DNA of 63,719 nt, counting the filler, from Albugo candida (Eukaryota): the NCBI GenBank assembly GCA_040437565.1. It is 16 parts of 16 records of this genome, joined end to end, with 100 filler letters (N's around TTAATTAATTAA, not from the genome) between each part and the next. Parts side by side here need not be neighbours in the genome. Positions count along the whole stretch, not along the records: positions 20,823 to 24,800 come from JBDOQK010000193.1; positions 24,901 to 28,815 come from JBDOQK010000194.1; positions 28,916 to 32,784 come from JBDOQK010000195.1; positions 32,885 to 36,711 come from JBDOQK010000196.1; 12 more parts are not named here. One strand, 5' to 3'. The notes beneath the pieces were generated by a model. It ran no database searches, was not told the DNA's origin, and worked only from the letters and a program-made list of their open reading frames with translations. The position numbers and the translations under genes are program-made. Positions 23,991 to 36,811 of this stretch are shown piece by piece; the stretch's first letter is position 1; each line of letters begins with the position of its first letter.

Positions 23991-26900
23991 AAGTAATATT
24001 TTATTATTACTTTTCTTTATTCTTTTTTTTTTTTTTTTCGCTCTTTTTCCTTTATTATTATTATTTTTTTTATGAATATATTTTTTAATACAGTAGTACC
24101 ATCATTTTGTCCCAAAAATTTTAAACGACGACTCTTATTCTCTTTGATGTGTGTGTGTGTGTTTTCTTTAGTGCTATTATTAGAAGTAATCAATTTCGTG
24201 CTGAAATAGCTCACTAGTAGCGAACATATTACACAAATCAGAGTAATTGTCCTACTTTTTATAAACGAATTTTTCTTCGTTACCACGCCAATGAGAACAA
24301 ATAATCAAAAAAAGTAGAAAGAAGAGATCAGATCAAGATCTAACTAACGAAGACTAGTTTTGTAAACAAAAATAATAGTAGAATGTTAAAAGTTGTACAT
24401 TGTACTAACAATGAATGAGGAATTTTGAACTTTTTTGTCAGTCAATCATCTACATATTAAGCTGAGGGTTGAAGCGTTCACGTTTACGCTTTCTAGTATG
24501 GCCAAAGCCTTATAATAGCAAGCAACATATATAAGCATGAATAATGGGACTGGGTTGTAATCTTTTACATGTAAGACACCTACTAAAGGGAGTGAAAAAC
24601 AAACTGTAAGGCATACCATTCGTTTATCAAATCATTAGCCAAACAGTAGCAGCGCCTAAAATTTAACAGGTCAACAGGAAACCACACCCCTTCTTAAATT
24701 AGAACCATATAACCTTCAATGCTAAAGGAAGTCACTTCATCACGTATAACTGTAAAACAAGAAGTGTTTTGCAAAAAAAAAAAAAAAAAAAAAAAAAAAA
24801 NNNNNNNNNNNNNNNNNNNNNNNNNNNNNNNNNNNNNNNNNNNNTTAATTAATTAANNNNNNNNNNNNNNNNNNNNNNNNNNNNNNNNNNNNNNNNNNNN
24901 CTAAAACCATTTAATGTGTCTTACTTCGAATGAATGCCATAGTAATTGTGCAAGCTCACGAGGGGAGGCTTCCCACTTTCTGGCTTCACGTGGGCAATGA
25001 ATAAAAAGCTGGCTTGTTCGGAGCTGTTGGCAACAATCAAGTGCGACATGCAACAGACACTGCAGCATGATTACGGGGTGTAGACGACTTGTGTGTAGTG
25101 AAAACTTGATCTAGTCATGTCACTCGGGAATAAGCGGCTGTAATCAGCCGTCACGGTTCGGCTCCAGGAATATTTACTCGAATTATTATTCAGATGAGCA
25201 TGATCGTGTTCAAGCGAAAACAATCACAAAGAAAAAGTGCGGCGCCTACAAGTGTAAACTTTCTGAATGTCAAAGCTCTCGATGAAGCATTTATCCTGTA
25301 ATCTGCTGCGAATTTAACACCATCTAGATGTCGACATTAATGAGTTCCAGTATCGTATTGGTCGTACTTTGATTGAATAGCGCTGCGTACGATGGCTTCA
25401 CAGTGCAGTGCATATGTATCTTGTGACTTGAGAAGAACACTAAAAATTGCAAACGATGAGAGCGGGAATCCTTATTAGCAAACAGGCTGAAGATATATGG
25501 GGATTCACGATGATGTTTTCAAAATGTATCAACGGCTCCGCCTTGATCTTGAACCTTTTCTCTATAGCTGCATCGAATTATTTGAAGCCGTTCATGAAAC
25601 ATCGATCAAGTACATCGTGCAGATATACTGCTTATATTTCCTACTCGCGTAGAAATCTTACAAAAATCAGCTCAAAGATTATTCACTCCTTGATCTTCTT
25701 CTATTATAAGCACCGGCAATCGAAGAGCTGATTCTTGCTTATACCGCCGGCGGTGGCTTATCACTTCAAAGTCGCTCGACTCAAATTGGGATTTACATGC
25801 ACTAGCAATATCGAACCGATCAAGATGAGAATCGAATAATACGATTCCAGTATGATAGGCCTCCATGAATACACCATGGAAATGCGTCCATTAACATGTT
25901 CGCAATGAAGTAACTTTACTCTATAGTTTGATCTTGCAGAACAATGACTTTCATAACGTAGCTACTTACTAGGGCGAAAATACTAAAATGTGAAGCATTG
26001 GTTATATTGTAATACCACGAGGGCGCGACGACTTTCACAGTCATTTACCGCAGATAGACAGCATTACGTATACGTCCCCTTCAGCAATGAAAAACGAAAT
26101 ATGCTTGACGTCTCCAAAGTTAGCGATGAATGCGTGATATCACGCCAGAAGTGAGAGGAACCTGGATACAACATATGAACCGATACGCTTCATGCGACAG
26201 AGTCCAAGTACGACAATTAGAAAGTGCTGAACTAGTGGGCAGATTGGTGACGATGCATCCATAGCCTGCTGCTAGTTTATAAGTTGAAGAGTATATACTC
26301 AGGCATTGCCATTTTTGCTCAGGTCGAGCGTGAACAGCCCGGTGCGTGATAGAAGGGGTCAGATGTGATCTGTTCATCCGAATTGGTCTCCGTGCAGGTT
26401 TCTGTTTTTTTAGTGCATTCTGTGAAACGATTACTGCATCATCGAAGCTTGATTCCAACTTGATGGCTTGACCAATAATTTGTTTGAGATCATCAATCTA
26501 CGGTCTCACGAGTATCGATTGTAGATTTGTTGCGTCAGCTGCATTGTTTATAAGTCATAAGACGATTTCCACGTTACAGTCTTGAATTGAGAATTAGCCA
26601 CGTCACATCAAGATGAGAAACATTATTTACGTGTAACGCAGCTTTTTTCGTAACATCAGAACGGATTGTGCCATCGCATCAACCAAAATGATGACGTGAC
26701 TTATTCTCATTACAAGACTGTAACGTGTAAGACCTCTTATGACTCATGATTATAAAGTAGCAGTGCTTCTTCAGTAAGAAAGTTGTCGCGATCTTGGAGT
26801 ACAATAACTTCACCAGTGCATTATATCTTCAAGTAGCTGCGTTATTTTTGTAAACGATTGTGAGCTTCCAATGTGAGTAAGAGAGGTCATGCAGCATGGC

Positions 26901-28050
26901 AGCGATCAAGAAGCAAGGTCTACATGTACAGCTAGTTTATTGCACGAGTACATTCACACGTTTTGATAAAAGAAAATCACGAGTGGGACGAAATTCCAAT
27001 ACGACATTCTTAAAAGCAAATTCGATTTGAATAGCAATGCGTGCCTTGACATCTTCTTCCGACTGGTACTGCTTTAGAATGTGAAGAAATATTTTTGTAG
27101 CAAACAATTTCACAGATAGATCGGCTTCGACAATACAAAAATACATGAGTCAGTATCTAGAGCAGTAAATCCATACTATGAACTGATTGATAATTCGGTA
27201 CGACTACAGATGATACGATGCCAATATCCAGACGACATCAATGAAGAAATGACATGAATTATCACGAGGAACCAAATATTTCAGCGTGTTTGCCAGTAAC
27301 CCTCCCGTTTCCACTGTTTGCAATCATTCTTGTAAGTCATTAATGCCAGATCGAAAATGCTGTTGAACACGCAGTAGAATTCAAGTGCCTTTTTCTCCTC
27401 ATCGAAAGCATGACATTCCGAAAGCATGTGTGCGTCTTCGCATCCTTCTTACGATTGTATGTGCTTAAACATGGTCGAACTCACTCAACCATCACATTTG
27501 GCTGATGATTAGAGCTGGTGCGAGATTCATGACGCCCAATCTTGCAACCTGATCGCAGGTGATTACCAATGAAGCACTTGGTTAGATCACGTTTTCTTTA
27601 ATCAAAAGTCTATTCCTGCTTGAGGTCTTGCAAGGCGCACTTAATCGCTGCTCCAGCTTGGGACAAGTCAGGTCATTTTTGTTTATCCCATCAAGTCAGC
27701 AGCGGAATATTATGCTCACGATCTCGCGCAATAGTCTTCGACAGATACTCGAAGTAGGACACATGAAATGATCTCAGCGGCCAAAGGCCAACAACCTCCC
27801 TCCGGCCATTATAAACATATAACATAGCGCTTTCCAAAGTCTTACAAAAGATTCACGATGTGCCAGGTCGTAAGCACATTTGAAACAAAGGCGTAGCAAA
27901 TACAACACGTTGATAGAAAAATGGAATTCAAATCAAGCTTCTCGCCGTACAAAGTGCATGTCTTCGTGAACTAAAACTTCGGCAAGGAGCCTGTACCTAG
28001 TGTAACCAAGTAGTAAGTAACACCATAGTAAAATATGAGCAGCGTATTGA

Positions 28051-28815
28051 TCAGGACCGAGATTGGATAGTATGCATTGGAGGTTGGTAAGTTCTTGAGA
28101 TTGAAGGAGAAGAGGATCCGTTGAATCCAGTTGCATTAGCGATAGGAGCCATTGTAACGGTCATAGGTTCCTGCTCAGGTTTGGTGGAAGTAACATTGGG
28201 CATGCTTCCAGAAGGCACGCTACTAAAATATTCTTTGTTGGATGTCGGAATCGAGATACTTGGACGAAGATTATTCATGACCAGAGGATTTGGTGGCTTA
28301 GTTGGCATCAGACTTAGGCTTGTATGATTCGCGCCATTGTTCGTCAAAAGCTGAATTGCATTGAGCGGAAGGATTGGATATGCCGAAAAATTCTTGTTTT
28401 CGTATTCCATGAATTTGGCGGAATAAACCATGTTGTGCACAACACCATATTTTGACACCCAGCTTCCGAGATTATATTTATGACTTTTAAATGGAATCAC
28501 GCTGCTCCACAACGGTTTGGCAAGTAGCACTTCCAAGGCAATGGAAACGTTCGATATGTAAATATTCCGCACGCATGTGGCTTGACGAAGTAACCCCAGC
28601 GTCATCATTCCGTATTGATGTGACTTCCCAGATTCGATCGTAAAATATTTCTTCCTCTTTAGCTCGCTGTTTAAAACATACACGATAGACTCGTTGAAGT
28701 AGTCAAACTTCTGCATGGTCATCCGAATGGAATCCAGTCGATGCTTCTGTCCGAACACACGTGTCAGTTGCAGACCAAGTAGTCCGCTTGCAGAAAAGGT
28801 GGACCAGACTACCGC
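28051..28815 (-). CDS. C-terminal part of a hypothetical protein with a Ser/Thr/Pro-rich tail; 5' truncated
   Basis: Frame open for 255 codons from the contig end to the stop. The tail is rich in S/T/P/N. No family recognised. Confidence 0.6.
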   Translation of the reverse strand, partial: AVVWSTFSASGLLGLQLTRVFGQKHRLDSIRMTMQKFDYFNESIVYVLNSELKRKKYFTIESGKSHQYGMMTLGLLRQATCVRNIYISNVSIALEVLLAKPLWSSVIPFKSHKYNLGSWVSKYGVVHNMVYSAKFMEYENKNFSAYPILPLNAIQLLTNNGANHTSLSLMPTKPPNPLVMNNLRPSISIPTSNKEYFSSVPSGSMPNVTSTKPEQEPMTVTMAPIANATGFNGSSSPSISRTYQPPMHTIQSRS

Positions 28816-28970
28816 NNNNNNNNNNNNNNNNNNNNNNNNNNNNNNNNNNNNNNNNNNNNTTAATTAATTAANNNNNNNNNNNNNNNNNNNNNNNNNNNNN
28901 NNNNNNNNNNNNNNNTTTCTACTCTGGATTTAGGCATGTAAGTAATATATTTAATAAGTAATAAAATAAA

Positions 28971-31900
28971 GGGAATTGCTATTTGTCCCCTCATTTTTAC
29001 TATTTGTCCCCCATAATTTAAAATTGCTATTTGTCCCCCGACTTTTACTATTTGTCCCCTCGTTTTTACTATTTGTCCCCCATAATTTTTAATTCCCGAA
29101 AGTTAACTTTCTTCAACTTTCAGAGAAGATACACAACAACTGCTTAATAAGAAGTGTAAAAATTGTTTAATAATAAATGAAAAAATTGGTTAAAAAAAGT
29201 AAATAATAAAAAAAGTCTAAATATAAAAAAGAAAAAAAAAGTCTTATGACGATTCAGCAGTTTCATAACCATTTTCATCATCTGAAGACTCTACAAAATT
29301 AGTAGTGTTAGCTACCTCTTTCATAGCAGCGTTTGCTGGTGGAGGAAAATTTCCACAGTATTTCCAGTGGTCTTCGTACGTTTTTAAGGCAGGAGCGTAG
29401 TCACACCATCTACTATAAATAAACGGCCAAAGGGCGCTGCTGTCTTTTTTTGCTCCAACATACAACAACACCCAATGGTCACCATTGACTCTTTGTAGAA
29501 CCAAAGCAATTTTGTTACCTTTTACAGGTGATTGATTTTTGTTCACTGTCAAGGGAAGAAAAGAAAGAGGGACAATACCTTGATTAGTTTCATTTAACTC
29601 AGGATAAACAAGTACTGGACAAGAAAGCATGTCGGCTGCTATCTGAGCAAATTTGGGCGTTTCGAACCACAAATCATAGTTACAATCAACTTGTTGGGAC
29701 TCATCAGAACCAGCTCGAAGAACTTCCTCAGTGGTCAAAGCCAGTCTTCTTTTTCTTCCTGCCTTTACGGAATATCCGACCTCAGCGTCGAAGTCCATTT
29801 CATCAAGGTAAACAGCCTTGTTTGCCTTAAACGTATCCATCATTATACGTTTTACAAGAGGGAATAAGTCTTGATCACCTAGCCAATGATGAGCCAATGC
29901 TCTCCACCCACACCAGCCATCCTTCTTGGGATTGAAGTATGAAAATACCTCAAATACCTCAAATACATCAGGATGTACATCAAAAGGTATTTCTTCTGGT
30001 TCAAGGGCGACATCATCCATCACATTGACTTTCTTCTTTTCTTTTTCAGAAGGAAAAAGATCACTCCAAGAGCTGCTACGCGATTTGGTGAACACATCGT
30101 CACAGGCAGGCGATTTCTCATGATTGATTAATACCAATCGATCAGTTACCACTTTTTCTGTCTCTAAAAAAGCAGGTAATTTATCTACTTTTTTGACATA
30201 ATTACCGATAGTTGGACAAGTAGATCTATTATGACCAGCTTCTCGGCATATACCACATTTTCTGCTTTTTCTACTGATTTCCTTTTGAGAGTGCTCAAAT
30301 TGCGATAAATCTCTAGCAGTTGAATTTTGTGATACTTGGCTTTTACTAATACCGCCTTCTTTTTTGTTTTTAGCGCCAGTGGGCCTGCCTTTAGATCGCT
30401 GGACAAGTGGGTCTTGTAAAATAGTGTCAACTTCACCATGTGACAAATCTTCAAGAAATTCGTTTACAATAACCTTGGAATAAGGTTCGAGTTCTGTATA
30501 ACTGATAAAACAATGTACGAAATAAAAAAGTAATAATAATTAGCTTAGTTGAAATTTATAAAAAATGTAAATTGGATATACTAACACTCTTTGGTACTTG
30601 ATGATTTGTTCAAAAGAAAAAGGCGACAAATCTTCTGTTTCTCTTTCTTGTTGAAGAGGTTCGAACATCTCCACCAATTGACCATCATCAAGCTCAGGGC
30701 GAGGAACACTAGGAAGCCACCATTGCTTATGAAAATCGTTAATGTTTAATTTTTTACCAAGGTGATCCATCTTTTGGATTTCATGGGCACATGGAATTCC
30801 CATAGTTTGTACCATGACATGCTTGCATTGGGGAAGTTTATAAGTGGTAGAGGTTTTGTCTAACTTCACCATAGCATATTGTTGGAATGCAATGTTCAAG
30901 GCAAAATTTGAAATCTTACGCAAAACTTTACCGAAAATTGCGTGGCGCAACAAAGTATTACTTTGGCTGACTTGTTCTATTTCGTTTCTATCTTTGATTT
31001 CGTTTAGCTGTTGAACTACAGCATTATTCATACGCTCAAAAACAGTGTCAAGATGGCCAGTGCTAACTTTGATGAACTTCTTGATAGTTGAATGAAGACC
31101 CTCAATGCGAGAGGTAGAAGTAGCATTGAAATGAGTCAATTCATTTGTAGCAAAAGCAACAAAACTTTTTTAAAAAAAAAGAAAATTAGTTTTCGGCATT
31201 AAATGTTAACGGAAAAGACAGGCTCTTACAGCTGTATATACTTACTTTTCCTTGTACTTGCTAATCCAAGTTTCGTTTATATAAGCAATAAAATCTTCTT
31301 TTCCATTTGCCGGGAGGCATTTACAAAAGGCGTTAAAGTCTTGATTGAACATTTGTTCAGAAGACGAATTTGAAACGATGGAATTCCAACCACTCAAGAT
31401 ATCAGCTCTTTCTTCTTCGGTAATATTAGTGAAGCTCTTGTTTATTTGAGTCAAAATGTTCTTCTGAATATGCCATCTGCAAAGAAGATTGTTTGCACCA
31501 GGAAGTTTTTGAGAAATAGCATTCATTAATGCTTTTTCACGATCGGTCACCACTACCGAAGGCGAAAAAGAAGGAGTAAAGCAGTAGATCTTCATTTGTT
31601 CCAAAGCCCAGATGTAGCCCTCCTCATTTTCTTTGCTCATGAAGCAAGCACAAAGAAAGAACGTTTTATTGCTGCAAGTCATACCAGCAACCTCGAACAA
31701 GGGCATATTATACCTATTTGTCTTGTATGTGGCATCCATAACAAGAACAGTAGGGAAACGGCGGTATAATTCAACAGAGTCTTTCTTACAGAAAAAAAAA
31801 GCAGTGACATGTCCATCTACGTTGGTCTTTACTTTATAATAATAACTGCCATCATTCGATATCAACTCAATGAGATATTGAGCAGCAGTTTTACCAGCTA

Positions 31901-32783
31901 ATGTTTCTTGTCTATGTTTCTGAATACTGTTATAGACACTCTTCTTGTTAAAACGATCTGTATCAGGAAAAGCATGATGTAAAGTAACGATCATATCAGA
32001 AGGTTTAGTGGATGTCATGAGCATTTCACCGATCATATTGTGCTGCTCTTGAGTGAGTTTACGGCCTTGAGAATGTCCACGATAAATAGATCCATTAACT
32101 GTATGATTGTGAAGGTTGTTTTTTACAGTAATAAACCATTTTGCAAGGTTTGACTTTGAAGTTGAAGCTGTCCATTCAAACTTGCATCCACACCTTTGGG
32201 AGAAAGTGTTCTTTCTAACAGCATTTTGCTTTTTTGGAGGTAAGCCACCTCTTTTACAAATGAAAACCCTTCTGAAAGAATCACCATTTACAGTTTTGTC
32301 TGTTTTTCTTACAACAGTTACAAAATGACGGTTCTTTGCGAACTGATTCACATACTCGGTAACTTCTTCGATTGATGAAAACGGCCCCTTGTTTTCAGGG
32401 TCTCCGAAATCAGCCTCTTCAGTCTCTTCTTCGCTGCTTTCACTAAAAAAGTTTTCTTCTTCAAGCTCACGACATTCCTCGTTTACTTTTAAATCCTCAT
32501 CGACATTTGTAATGTTGGAATCAGGGTTTTCAATAACACTACGCTGGCTAACAATATTTTCCCAGTAAACAGTATCTTCGTTTATATTTTGATTGTTCAT
32601 TACTTGTAACTGAAAAAAATACACGTTTAATGCTGTCAAAATTATTAAATTAAATAGAAAATTATTGATTGGACTGTTTTTATTTTGGATATTTAGGGGG
32701 GACAAATAGTAAAAATTATGGGGGACAAATAGTAAAATTATGGGGGACAAATAGTAAAAATGAGGGGACAAATAGCAATTCCC
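28971..32783 (-). mobile_element. Complete Mutator-like (MULE) DNA transposon, 3813 bp
   Basis: TIRs begin GGGAATTGCTATTTGTCCCCTCATTTTTACTATTTGTCCCCCATAATTT at both ends (about 49 bp identical) and are built from CTATTTGTCCCC repeats (5 left, 4 right). The left flank TAAAATAAA and the single right-flank base T are compatible with a 9-bp TSD. Confidence 0.93.
29244..32600 (-). CDS. MULE transposase: FAR1-like DNA-binding domain, MULE DDE domain, SWIM-like finger, zinc knuckle, C-terminal OTU-like protease; 3 exons
   Basis: FICKRGG...SQRCGCKF...HNH; VMDATYKTNRYNMPL; VVTDREKALMNAI; LLCRWHI; TSTSRIEGLHS; CKH...GIPCAH; KGRP...RKCGICREAGHNRSTCP; DGWCGWRALA...NGDHWV. Introns at 31245-31165 and about 30585-30502 restore one frame. 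Confidence 0.9.
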
Positions 32784-35700
32784 TNNNNNNNNNNNNNNNN
32801 NNNNNNNNNNNNNNNNNNNNNNNNNNNNTTAATTAATTAANNNNNNNNNNNNNNNNNNNNNNNNNNNNNNNNNNNNNNNNNNNNATTAAAAAGAATCACT
32901 CATATGCCGAACGCAGCGGCACCGATGCGACTAAAATGATCAAATCACTGATTCTCATCAGCATTTAGTATCGACTAGTCCTGTTTGTATTATACCGATA
33001 AGGAACATTAATAAGGCAGGTCTGACAATTACACCGTTATCTGTAAGGTGAATTACATACTTTGAAGTATTGTAACAGCTCGTACGCGTGGCAACTGTAG
33101 GATGCCCATATAGCGAGTGTTGGCATTGAATGCCGCGCATATCAAATCGCATTGACCAATAAGTCTTCATTACGCAGAATCTTGATGCGGCGTTAGTAAT
33201 TTATGTCTTCCCCTCGACATCTGTGGATGCACTTTCGAGCTGAAAGTACATATCGCTTCCTGTGATTTATCACGACAGAACAGGAGAAGACCTTGCTAAT
33301 CAACATTTGTACATACATCGTTTTATTTTCTTCGGGGCGAAGCTGTACTATAAGATGTTTATAGTTTGTATGCATCTCTCCGCTTTCGATGCTACAAATA
33401 GCACTCAGATTCTAGGAATCCTTGAAAGTATAGTTATTTGCTCGGAAACTATTGACATCTCTCGAGCTCCGCATCGCATAGAATAGGAAGTTTGATATAA
33501 GATTCAGCTTCAGCTTCATCGACGCCAACACGTGATTTATCTCCTTGGTAGCGCTAGTGGTATGTACAATCAGCGGGCAAAGCTTCTTCTCATAAAACGC
33601 TGCATCCTATTCGTATTCACAAATTGTCACTCTCGATGACCGAAGCCGCATAATGAGACAAGAATGGCAACATTTCGTTTCTCTGTCAGCTTGCTTGCCG
33701 CTGTATCTCATGCAAGCCACCAAACTGGATGTAAGATACTCTCGGCTCCATCAAGACGTCTTTCTTTCATCAAGGATGCTGTATTTTATGACTTCTCTCT
33801 GCTTACTTAGTTTTTCCTCGTGTAATATTCTTCTGGCCTTGTTCATTGCAAATTGCAACGAGCCATTTGAGGTCACTTTAGCATTTCAACAGTATGGGCA
33901 GCATTAGTTCTGCATATTTATCCATTAAAGTCACCTATGGCGAGAGAAATTTGAAGATTATCAGAAGTTCAGGCTATGCTAAGCAAACTTGACATTCAAT
34001 TTATTTACATTAGACGAAAAGTTTAAAGTGTCATCCTGGTTTCCCATTTCGGATGGGTGCCTTGTGAACTAAAATACGCATGCACAGGCTTTGCTGAATG
34101 ATCTTGTAAATTTTCAAGGTATGTTGACTCATGGCGCGCATTGATAGACTTTTTATCTTACTTTTGCAATAGTAATTTTCGTCTCCTATTGTCGGCCATA
34201 ATATCTCAGTGTTGAATACTATATCTTTCGGAGAGATGAAACGTTTTTTGCTTTCAACAGATAAAGTTACAATAAGATGATTAAGGGGTTTACTTCCCGG
34301 TGCTGGTGGGATGGACGTCCTAATGTTCACAGTTTTCTTTGCACTATATGGCGTCATTAAACATGGTTGGGAGCTGTCGTGGGTTCCGTCAGTGTTACTT
34401 CAGCAGCATCTGTTATGGATGGCATGTCCTGATGTTATAAACCAGCAAATCCTTCTATAGCGATCCCAACAAACGCACCAGTCGACAGACTATAATTAGA
34501 TGGCTTTGAGAACAGTGCAATGGTGGTGGTTGATACCAAAACATCATGACGTAGCATCCGTCTATATGAACACGCTATGGAAGTTGCTTGTTAGGCAACC
34601 ATTGTCATCGGTGGCACCAAAAGCCATTCTGGGAGAAATAGAGTCGTCTAATCACTTCTAGAAGCTGACAATACATTCTAACTAAATCTTTCGACGGAAT
34701 CAAACAAGAAGAGAATGGTCTGGAGAAAGTAAAAGGAGACATGTGCGCACACGTTAAAAATTACATTAGATGGTACCAAAGAACTCGTTCATCTATATGT
34801 AACTTTCTATCATGCACCAAACAATAAAATACAAGAATTTGTCGGACTTTATTTGACCTTCCATGCGGAGAAAAGCGCACCTCAAGAATGTGCAGCGCAA
34901 GGCGTAATATATCATAATCAACTTGTCCGAGCCGACAGATATTGGCTTTGTGGGCAAGCTGTCAGGTTGCGCAAAGAATGGGAAAAGGTGGATGAGGTTT
35001 GGACGTCCTACCCGTCACAAGTGAATTATTTTCTTCATTGTGTCACAATTTTATCTTCCCATCACTTGTTTTTGTTTGAAGCAAGACGAAGGCGAATGTG
35101 TCAACCGGAAAAGAGAAAGAGTGTTAGTTCTGAGGCAAAGAAACTTCACGATAGGAATCTCATTTTCCGTGGGGTTTCGAAGTAATGAAGCGGATGAGTA
35201 AGACATATTGGCGCTTTATACATGAGACTACCGAGAACAAAGCTTATAGAAAGCATGTTGAACCAATGCATTAAAGATATTCTGCGCGGGCATTTCTTGG
35301 CGCGAAAGAAGATCTGTAGCTATTCTATCGATGGTTTGTCATCTCATCGAGAACTTACAATGCAATGCTCATGAAAACGATAATCAGACCAAGGAAGAGC
35401 TTTCAAAAGCATGTGAACGCAAAGCACCGTATAACATTCCCTCATCGAGCGGAAAGTGGTATCTGCGAAATGCTACATCATTGCACCATCAAAACGTACT
35501 GTACGTTGGATAGCGAGCCAGCTTCAATAAACTAAGAAGACAAATACAGCTGGTATTTAACATAAGCAAGCCGTACAGAGACTCCACAGGCAAAAAAACA
35601 ATCCGCTGATAGGAATGTCAGAGGAGTCTTTCACAATTAATATTAACGAGGAACTTCTATAAAAGCTATTTTATATGATGTCACACACAATTGCCAGCTA

Positions 35701-36811
35701 CGAGTTGTCTTCCATAGTTTATTGGGTACCAATCTTGCTCAGCAGCACTCAGATTTGAATCTCATGTACAATTTTCGTCTCCACTTTAGATGTTTGCTGT
35801 GATACGCTGAGTTTAATTGCAAACATTTGAGTACTATATTTTTCTGAGTAGCAACTTTTTCTTATAAATGACCCCTCCATATATTATCAAAGGCTGATAG
35901 AAACTGCTGTGAACTAAATCAATTTTGATTTCTACTATTTGTTTATCTTGGCACATGTAAATACAGCCTTATCGTATATTTCATGATCTGAGCGAGAAAT
36001 ATATGACAGTGAGTCGTTCTTAATTGATGTGATTCATTGCAGCTGCGTCATACACATGATATCTTGAATATTGCTGCATAATACTCAGCAGATTTTGGAT
36101 CCATTGTGCTTCCATAAATGTTTTATTACAAGCTTTATGACGAGTACAATTCCGTGACCTATGTATCTTCAAGCTATCAATGACCATAATGTACCACACA
36201 TGCGCTTTACAATATGTAATGTGACCTTGCGATGGAACTCTCGATACAATTACTATTCATATTGATGAATGGAGCTCTGCTATAATGTAAGATGATAATC
36301 TATAAATCTAAAGGAGATGTCGCTCACTAAATGAAATAGGTTTTATTGTCCATAAATGATTAGACTCCCGGTAACAGGTTTCGGAACATAATAGGACGTG
36401 TACTATGATCCTTGGCTAAAAGAATCACCATGCATGTCTTTCGGTTTGGAAGGGAGGAGATCTTTGCGACGAACTTATGTCCTGGGAACAAAAATATCAT
36501 CTTGCGTGATGACTGCTTGTGCTCTTGAAGCTTTCATTATTTGGGAACGTCGTGATGAAATCTACACGTCTGCAAATTGAGGAAAGAAGGGTAGCCAATG
36601 AAAGCAATATATAAATTAAGATGTGGAGTAGATAGCATTTATAGTATCTTGGTTGTAAACCCAAGAAAACGTTTGATTTTCCATTATATGCGCGAGCTGC
36701 TTGATCAATCGNNNNNNNNNNNNNNNNNNNNNNNNNNNNNNNNNNNNNNNNNNNNTTAATTAATTAANNNNNNNNNNNNNNNNNNNNNNNNNNNNNNNNN
36801 NNNNNNNNNNN

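Noticed and set aside
24773-24800. Poly(A) run as a retroposon tail
   Set aside because: No upstream retroelement or processed-gene signal, and long A/T runs are common on these AT-rich contigs.
27131-27175. YGFTALDTDSCIF (minus strand) as a family B DNA polymerase DTDS motif
   Set aside because: No other polymerase motifs and no long ORF; likely chance.
28971-29090. Short regularly spaced repeats as a CRISPR array
   Set aside because: Spacers are only about 9-15 bp and similar to each other, the array is mirrored at the other end of a MULE, and no cas genes are present.
32601-32771. N-terminal extension of the 509-aa MULE ORF
   Set aside because: It translates the TIR repeats from a TTG start; the plausible start is ATG 32600.
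32885-36711. Short ORFs on this contig as genes
   Set aside because: No recognisable motif or consistent frame; possibly decayed genes, but I cannot support a call.
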